From an uncultured virus (IMG/VR IMGVR_UViG_2061766007_002057) (Duplodnaviria > Heunggongvirae > Uroviricota > Caudoviricetes): a DNA stretch of 22,815 bases. Below, one piece after another: positions 16,279-22,815 of the stretch. A program made the translations under genes and the position numbers. Under the pieces are notes generated by a model. The model was given only the letters and a program-made list of their open reading frames with translations. It had not been told where the DNA came from and did not search any database. The stretch lies in the IMG/VR virus record IMGVR_UViG_2061766007_002057; one strand, 5' to 3'. How positions within the stretch are numbered: position 1 is the stretch's first letter; each line of letters opens with the position of its first letter.

Positions 16279-16734
16279 ATGGGAAGAAAAGTTGTTATTT
16301 TTGACCTAGATGGAACGTTAGCCAATATAGACCACAGGCTTCATTTTGTAACAGGACCGAAAAAGGACTGGGACGCATTTTACAAGACATGCGTAGCAGA
16401 TTCACCAAACTGGAACAATCTCCAGGTTTTACACGCCTTGGCGTCTGTTGGATACAGAATTGTTATTCTTACAGGACGGTCTGATGAAGTTAGAAATGAA
16501 ACTATTGAGTGGCTTAATAACTATGGTGTGACGTTTCACGGGTTGTACATGCGGCCCGATAAAGATTATACACAAGACCACGACCTTAAGCTAAGAATGA
16601 TGGCTGACGCTCAACAAGAGATGGGATTTACCAAGGAAGAGGTCTTGTGTATTTTTGACGATAGACAAAAAGTAGTTGACATGTGGCGTAAAAACGGATA
16701 TACTTGTTATCAAGTTGCTAAGGGGGACTTCTAA
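16279..16734 (+). CDS. HAD-family phosphatase similar to the T4 PNK 3'-phosphatase domain, stand-alone
   Basis: FDLDGTLA, LTGR, LYMRP, FDDRQKVVDMWR, QVAKGDF. Confidence 0.9.
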   Translation: MGRKVVIFDLDGTLANIDHRLHFVTGPKKDWDAFYKTCVADSPNWNNLQVLHALASVGYRIVILTGRSDEVRNETIEWLNNYGVTFHGLYMRPDKDYTQDHDLKLRMMADAQQEMGFTKEEVLCIFDDRQKVVDMWRKNGYTCYQVAKGDF

Positions 16735-16982
16735 TGTTTGATGGAGTGTATGCTATGCAGCTCGGAAACTTATCCGAAACTGTCATTTATAAAGAATGTA
16801 GATCTTGTAAGTGGGCACGTAGTGTAAAAGATAACGAATATGGTTGCTATAACGTGATTTGTTACCACGACCCAAAAACGATTAACTGCAGAACTCGTGA
16901 CTTTATGAAATGTGCTCACTATGCAGTTGATACTGACGCCATTGAAAAAAATTATAAGAGATACAGGATTACGGATAAATAA
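16734..16982 (+). CDS. Cys-rich hypothetical protein
   Basis: 82-aa ORF, translationally coupled (TAATG), CRSC motif. Confidence 0.55.
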   Translation: MFDGVYAMQLGNLSETVIYKECRSCKWARSVKDNEYGCYNVICYHDPKTINCRTRDFMKCAHYAVDTDAIEKNYKRYRITDK

Positions 16983-16983
16983 T

Positions 16984-17466
16984 ATGACAGGAGAACAAGG
17001 AACAATACCATCTGATATTTTAGATGTGCTAGACCATTACGGTCTTGAGTATCACGCATCTGGAAGCATTTACGTTATGTCCTGCTTATTTCATGATGAT
17101 AGTACACCGTCAATGGTAATTTATCCTGACACAAACAGCTTTTATTGTTTTGGATGCGGTACGTCAGGTACTCCCGAAAATATAGTTATGCATATGGAAA
17201 ACTGTACGTACCAACAGGCAGTAAAACTGCTTTACGGGCAAGGATATGAGTGGTTTAAGCTACGCAAAAAACAGACAAAAAATGTTTCCATCGATCTTGG
17301 GTATATGTATCGTATAATAGGACGTAAAATAAAAGAAAAAATACGAGCATCTACTGCTGATAAAGAAAAGCTTGACAAGGCAAGAGGACTTATACTAAAA
17401 TACTCTAAGAACGAAGTTGATCCAAATAAACTATTTGAGTGCTTACAAGAAATAAAACAAATATAG
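16984..17466 (+). CDS. Stand-alone CHC2 primase zinc-finger protein
   Basis: CLFHDDSTPSMVIYPDTNSFYCFGCG; no TOPRIM domain follows. Confidence 0.85.
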   Translation: MTGEQGTIPSDILDVLDHYGLEYHASGSIYVMSCLFHDDSTPSMVIYPDTNSFYCFGCGTSGTPENIVMHMENCTYQQAVKLLYGQGYEWFKLRKKQTKNVSIDLGYMYRIIGRKIKEKIRASTADKEKLDKARGLILKYSKNEVDPNKLFECLQEIKQI

Positions 17467-17476
17467 GAGAAATGCT

Positions 17477-17962
17477 ATGATCATTACAATACCACAAACT
17501 ATTATAAAAGACGGCGGGGAAGATTGGTCTTTTGATTCCGCCAGATTTCAACTGACAGAGGAATCTATTAATGAGCAGTCAATGAAGATCGCTTCTGCTT
17601 ACTCAGAGTGGTCTTACTTGGCGGCAAGACTTAGAAAGAACCTGTTAGACCTTGAGCGTACGTACAACGACTGGGAGCCTAAAGCAATTGCAATTGTAGA
17701 GGCTGAGGCAAAACAGCTTGGTATCGTATTTAAGTCTGAGAAAGCAAAAACAGCTGCGTTGTATAATCACAAAGATAATAATAACGCATATGACTTTGCT
17801 GAAGTTGTACTTAAATACCAGAATCAAAAGGACGAGCTTACGTACTATATCGATTTAGTGGAGAACGCTATATTAAAACCGTTATCCATTGAAAAAGACA
17901 TGATCGTTTCTCTCGGTGCAAATATGCGTGCCGGGATGAACGTACAGACAACAAACGTATAA
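17477..17962 (+). CDS. Helical protein, possibly a UvsY-like recombination mediator
   Basis: All-helical, 161 aa; located just before the SSB-like and RecA genes; assignment from context. Confidence 0.5.
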   Translation: MIITIPQTIIKDGGEDWSFDSARFQLTEESINEQSMKIASAYSEWSYLAARLRKNLLDLERTYNDWEPKAIAIVEAEAKQLGIVFKSEKAKTAALYNHKDNNNAYDFAEVVLKYQNQKDELTYYIDLVENAILKPLSIEKDMIVSLGANMRAGMNVQTTNV

Positions 17963-18016
17963 CAGGGCACTCGTTATACAATAAATTAAATCACATGTGT
18001 CATAGGAGACCATAAT

Positions 18017-18657
18017 ATGTTTATACCGAAAAAATTATATGCTAGCGCTGATACCATTGCAGATGGTGAATATACGGCAAAAATTGCTCGTATCCGCATG
18101 ACGAAAGACAATGAGTCCGTTATGTTTATTTGTTCTATTACCAATGAAGGTTTTGACAATATGGAAGTAACCGGATTTGCAAGAGCAAATTGGAACAAGC
18201 CTACTGGTCGCACAACTGCAAACTTATTGCAATGGTGCAAAAATCTTGGAGCCGAAATTGAGGAAGGCAAAGAAGATTTGTTTGACGTAGAAACGTTAAT
18301 TGGCAAACCTTGTCGTATTATTACAACCACGTACGTCAAAAAAACCACAGGTGAAACGGCGGTTAAAGTAAGCAACATTTTACCGCTTAGTAAAAAACCG
18401 ATTCCTAATCCTGTGGCCGTTACACAAAAACCGCAAGGCGTTTTTGTTGGAAAACAGCAGGCAGAGCCGGTGCAAGAAAAATCCTATACGAATACGGCTA
18501 CANNNNNNNNNNNNNNNNNNNNNNNNNNNNNNNNNNNNNNNNNNNNNNNNCTAGCGCTGCCGTCGCTAAACCAACAGCTGCACCTGCTGCAGCACCTGCG
18601 GTCACTACTACCACGACACCGTCAGAAGAAACAACTGAAAATGATGACCTTTGGTAA
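18017..18657 (+). CDS. Putative ssDNA-binding protein (DUF669-like)
   Basis: IADGEYTAKI N-terminus, LIGKPCRI, Ala/Pro/Thr-rich linker, post-gap acidic-aromatic tail SEETTENDDLW*. Confidence 0.65.
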
Positions 18658-18662
18658 TATCT

Positions 18663-19725
18663 ATGGCTAAAGAGTTATCATTTATTGAAAGACTTAAAAA
18701 GCAACTGGACAAGGACTCTGTCAAGACACGTATTTCCTTGCTGTCTGATGACGAAAACCGAATTGTTTATGAGCCGTCCGGGATATTGATGCTTGACTAC
18801 TTATCTGGAAAAGGATTACCTCGTGGCAGATGGGTAGAAATCTTCGGCGTCGAAAGCGGTGGAAAGTCTTTAATAGCAGCCCTAATAGGAGCTTCGTTCC
18901 AGAAAAGAGGAAAAAACGTAGTATGGTTGGATATGGAAAGAACTACTGATCCTGACTGGTACGGTCGTGTTGGTTTAGATACAGATAACTTAGTTGTGGC
19001 AAAACCTGAATCTGCCGAAGAGGCGTTCGACACAATTAAATCTTGTATCTCTGCCAAAGCAGACCTGGTTATTGTAGACTCGGTTGCTTCTATGGCTACA
19101 NNNNNNNNNNNNNNNNNNNNNNNNNNNNNNNNNNNNNCTTTCTACCCAGTTACGTAAGCTTACTGGACCGCTTGCTGACGCTGGTACAATTGTTATTATG
19201 ATTAACCAGCTTCGTTCTACCATGGCCCTTACTCAATACGAAAAGCAGGAAACAACAACCGGCGGTAAAGCTTTACCGTTTTACTGCTCTTTACGTTTCC
19301 GCGTATCCCGTGTTACCGCGCCAGGATCTTATCTTAAAGATGAAAATGATGTTTATAAGGCTCACACGATTAAACTAAAAAACATCAAAAATAAGGTTGG
19401 AGCACCTGGCCGTGAAGGTACGTTTATGCTAATCTATGATGGCGGACCGGATAATAGAACTGCCTTAATTGCATTGGCATTACAAAAGGGATATATTACC
19501 AAAGGTGGTGCGTGGTATACACTTAACATTAACGGTCAGGAAATCAAGGCGTGCGGAGAGCAGGCATTGGTAGATAAATTGGCCGCTAATAAAGACGCTC
19601 AAAGTTTCTTATTTGACGCATTAAACATTGATCCGTTATACAGAGATATGTTTGAAACTGACAAGCGTACTATTGAGTTGCCGTCTGGTATATCAGAAAT
19701 AGCAGCCGGGGACGACTATAAGTAA
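18663..19725 (+). CDS. recA: RecA/UvsX recombinase, frame broken by an N-gap
   Basis: GLPRGRWVEIFGVESGGKS, IVDSVA, INQLR, TTTGGKALPFY, KNKV, KGGAWY. Confidence 0.95.
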
Positions 19726-19726
19726 T

Positions 19727-20642
19727 ATGACTGAAGACGCGATCGTATATGCTACCGACATACATTTAACCGATAGACAACCGTCAAATCGTGTTACAAG
19801 TGTGGATAACGGGATTACGCTGTTTCGTAATCTTCTTCAACTAACTCGGGACAATGGTCGCGTCTTAGTTTTAGGTGGAGACCTTTTTGATTCTCCGGCA
19901 CCTTCATATAGTTTACTTACACAGGTAATAAATTGTTTAACAGAATACTCAGATTGTAAGGTCTATATATGTGTCGGTAATCATGACGTTTCTTACGCTA
20001 ATCTAGATNNNNNNNNNNNNNNNNNNNCATGCAGCCGGTCTGTTATCTTATTTCTCTGATGGTGTAGCGGTTAACGGATTTTTTATAAAAGCCTTTGATT
20101 ATACACCAACGCTAAAATTAACAGATAATGGTAATTTGGATTTACGGGTTAGTACTAACTTACCGAAAGACGCAACAAATATTAACACGTACATAGCTGT
20201 TGCTCATCTTCCGATCGTTACGGATCCAGTTCCGTACAAGCATGTACTAACCCAANNNNNNNNNNNNNNNTATGTACTTTGCGGGCATATTCACGAACAA
20301 TTTAAGACATTTAGAAAAAGTCGTGGGTCTGACGTTACAGTATTTCTTAATCCCGGATGTTTGTTGAGATTAAAAAGAAATGAGGCAGTTATTAAGCCGT
20401 CTGCGATTGTATTAAAAAGAGATGAAAACGTAGTGTCTCATAAATTCGTAGAAATACAAGGCGATGAAAATGCAGAGTTTATATTCGACGATGCAAAAGA
20501 GCATGTTACTTTTACTCAAGCAGTCTCAGATGCTAAAATAGAAGTTGCAGATATAGACGCATATATCAATGGAACAAAGTTTCCAACGCAGGTAAAGGAA
20601 AAAGCACTTGAACTTATAGGACAGTATAGGGAGTTACAATGA
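19727..20642 (+). CDS. Mre11/SbcD (gp47-like) metallophosphoesterase nuclease, frame broken by gaps
   Basis: TDIH, GGDLFD, GNHD, GHIH and NPG motifs. Confidence 0.88.
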
Positions 20643-21001
20643 TAAAAGAATTATGGCACTGGGTATGGCAGGNNNNNNNNNNNNNNNNNNNNNNNNNNNN
20701 CATTAAAAACTTGTACATGTATCTTAGATACGGGTTTACATTGTACGACTTACAGGACATGGATACATACTTACTTTATAAAATGAGTGCGATGCTTAGA
20801 CAGTTCAAAAAATATACAGTTGGATATCCAAATGTGTTTGACACTATGGAAGACTGGAAAAGGGTTTTAACTGAACTTGAAATTGGAGCAAATACGATAG
20901 CCTCTGACGCTTTTTGTGACATGGGAACAAAACGCCAGATACGTTTCAAAACTCATTTTTTAATGCAGTTTAGACGTTATTTCTTTTGGTTGTGGTTTTA
21001 A
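20639..21001 (+). CDS. Hypothetical phage protein
   Basis: 120-aa ORF coupled to the upstream gene; ends YFFWLWF. Confidence 0.7.
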   Translation: MIKELWHWVWQXXXXXXXXXXIKNLYMYLRYGFTLYDLQDMDTYLLYKMSAMLRQFKKYTVGYPNVFDTMEDWKRVLTELEIGANTIASDAFCDMGTKRQIRFKTHFLMQFRRYFFWLWF

Positions 21002-21002
21002 T

Positions 21003-21222
21003 ATGACAATACAGGAACTTGAACAATTACAAAAATCGCTTGAAGAGTGCAAACAACGCAAAGCAAAATTGGAAGGACAGCGTACTGAACTNNNNNNNNN
21101 NNNNNNNNNNNNNNNNNNNNNNNNNNNNNNNNNNNNNNNNNNNNNNNNNNNNNNNNNNNNNNNNNNNNNNNNNNNNNNNNNNNNNNATTGAAAATGTTAT
21201 TGTAGAGGCCAAGAAAATATGA
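21003..21222 (+). CDS. Small coiled-coil protein, gapped
   Basis: MTIQELEQLQKSLEECKQRKAKLEGQ...IENVIVEAKKI*. Confidence 0.6.
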
Positions 21223-21871
21223 TCGACATAGAGAAAGAAATGCTTGATCTTCAAAAAAGAGAGGCATTTTTAGTAGCTAAAAAGGAAGCANNNNNNNNNN
21301 NNNNNNNNNNNNNNNNNNNNNNNNNNNNNNNNNAAGAAGTATTACTCAGCCAAGGAAAAAGCTGAGTTATACAACGATTGCTCAAAGCTTCTTTTGGAAA
21401 CCTCTATGGCTATACAAGAAACAACAACTGATAAAATAGCTAAGATAGTAACATCTCTTTATCAGAACGTGTTTCAAACTCAAGATGAATTTGTAATCAA
21501 AGTTGACTCTAAAAGAAAAACTCCTGTTGCTGAATTTTTTATAAAAACGAAAAAAGACGGAAAGGAGATTTTACTTGACCCTATGGACTCAGATGGTGGT
21601 GGAAAAATAGACGTAATTTCAATTGGATTAAGNNNNNNNNNNNNNNNNNNNNNNNNNNNNNNNTGATGAGCCTATGCGTTTTATATCATCGAGCAACACG
21701 TCAGAGTTCCCATTTAGGTACCGTGCTGTATCCTTTCTTAAAAAGGTAGCAGAAGAGTATAACATACAAATTATAGCGGTTACACATGACGCAGAGCTTG
21801 TGGATCTTGCTGACAAACACTATGAGTTTTCACTAGATAAAGATGGTTATACGGAGGTCAAATGTTTTTAA
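21219..21871 (+). CDS. C-terminal half of a Rad50/SbcC (gp46-like) ABC ATPase encoded as its own gene; gapped
   Basis: Short coiled coil, signature-like SDGGG, DEP (end of Walker B), IIAVTHD, LADK; no Walker A visible. Confidence 0.8.
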
Positions 21872-22587
21872 CAGAAAATGAGCGTGCGGCACGCGACTCT
21901 GGAAAAATAGTTGCATCAATCGGCAACTCCGGGGTAAGTAGTTTATGTGGTCCGATTGTTTCTGTTGGTGTTGTATTAGACTACACTAATATACCGCAGA
22001 AAATAATTAACAAAGTNNNNNNNNNNNNNNNNNNNNNNNNNNNAGATATTGAAGATATACGGTCAGCCGTTAAGGCAATCGGTTCATACACTATTTCGTG
22101 TACAAAACTACTAGAGATTTTGGATATAGACGTATCCGCTGCGATGTCCGATTATAATGCTCTTATGGGACTTATCTTTGATGTATTCAAAGTTTTCGGT
22201 AACGACCCAGACATAGTACAGTCTGTTAGCAAAATAAAGGAAGTTATAAAGAACGAGGACTTGTCAATATATCAAGATAAAAAACGGAAATCAAAATATA
22301 TTACAAGACAGGACTGGACACAATTTAATAACTTGATACCAAATACCAAGTTTACAAAATGCTCACCAGAGACATTTGGTATTATGTTCGCAAGCGAGTT
22401 AGCTAATATTATACGCAATAAAGAGCTTGCTGCGGCCAAAGAAAAATATCCAGAATATGATTTTGATAACCCGCTAGATACAGAAGAAAAGGTAAAGTTT
22501 CTTCAGGAAAACGGGATGACAGAATATCACCGTGCGTTTTTACCTGAGTTTAGTGGTTTTGCCTTTTCTAAAAGGATTTTAATATGA
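21862..22587 (+). CDS. RNase HII-like protein with degenerate active site
   Basis: ASIGNSGVSSLCGPIVSVGVVL aligns to [21 protein letters not shown]; C-terminal ASELANIIRN...YPEYDF...GMTEYHR aligns to AASILAKVTRD...YP.YGF...G....HR. Confidence 0.7.
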   Translation: MFLTENERAARDSGKIVASIGNSGVSSLCGPIVSVGVVLDYTNIPQKIINKXXXXXXXXXXDIEDIRSAVKAIGSYTISCTKLLEILDIDVSAAMSDYNALMGLIFDVFKVFGNDPDIVQSVSKIKEVIKNEDLSIYQDKKRKSKYITRQDWTQFNNLIPNTKFTKCSPETFGIMFASELANIIRNKELAAAKEKYPEYDFDNPLDTEEKVKFLQENGMTEYHRAFLPEFSGFAFSKRILI

Positions 22588-22815
22588 ACAATACATGGAT
22601 TTTAGGAATTGATAATGGTATATCCGNNNNNNNNNNNNNNNNNNNNNNNNNNNNNCAAACGGAAAGGTAGTATTATATGCTCCTGTGCCAATATATAAGG
22701 AGCGCAAATGGACAAAGCCAAAAGCAGTTACAAAAAAGACAAAGGCAACGAAAACAAAAAAAGAAACAAAAGAAGTAAAATTTTTATACGAAGAAATACA
22801 GTTAATTGACGTAAA
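22584..22815 (+). CDS. RuvC-like Holliday junction resolvase, 5' part
   Basis: MNNTWILGIDNGIS matches the RuvC N-terminal GID motif; recombination-operon context. Confidence 0.6.

Noticed and set aside
13809..21871. Apparent frameshifts or pseudogenes in the helicase, DnaB, SSB, RecA, SbcD and SbcC genes
   Set aside because: Every break coincides with an N-gap of uncertain length; there is no evidence of programmed frameshifting or decay.
1..22815. Stop-codon reassignment, as seen in some large phages
   Set aside because: Genes are intact in the standard code and end in TAA, TAG or TGA at sensible boundaries; no suppressor tRNA was seen.

Overview
Fragment of a large (jumbo-type) dsDNA bacteriophage genome, AT-rich, standard genetic code, all credible genes on the + strand. 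It has many N-gaps that break ORFs and cause false frameshifts. Left half (1-11.4 kb) is an RNA and translation island. It holds tRNA-Asp(GUC), an atypical tRNA-Tyr(GUA), two atypical UAU-anticodon tRNAs, and group I intron-split tRNA-Ser(UGA) and tRNA-Thr(UGU), whose pieces are out of order, most likely from local mis-scaffolding at a 50-bp repeat shared by the introns. It also holds an ~800-nt ornate ncRNA, a second large structured RNA running into a gap, several smaller structured RNAs (one a CCA-ended hairpin displaying the anti-Shine-Dalgarno sequence ACCUCCUUA), five free-standing homing-endonuclease-like genes, accessory enzymes and ribosomal protein bS21. Right half (11.4-22.8 kb) is a replication, recombination and repair operon: intein-containing SF2 helicase, helicase loader, DnaB, HAD 3'-phosphatase, stand-alone primase Zn finger, UvsY-like, SSB-like, RecA, Mre11/SbcD, C-terminal half of Rad50/SbcC, a catalytically degenerate RNase HII homolog and the start of a RuvC-like resolvase. 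All calls come from reading motifs and base pairing by eye; no searches were run.
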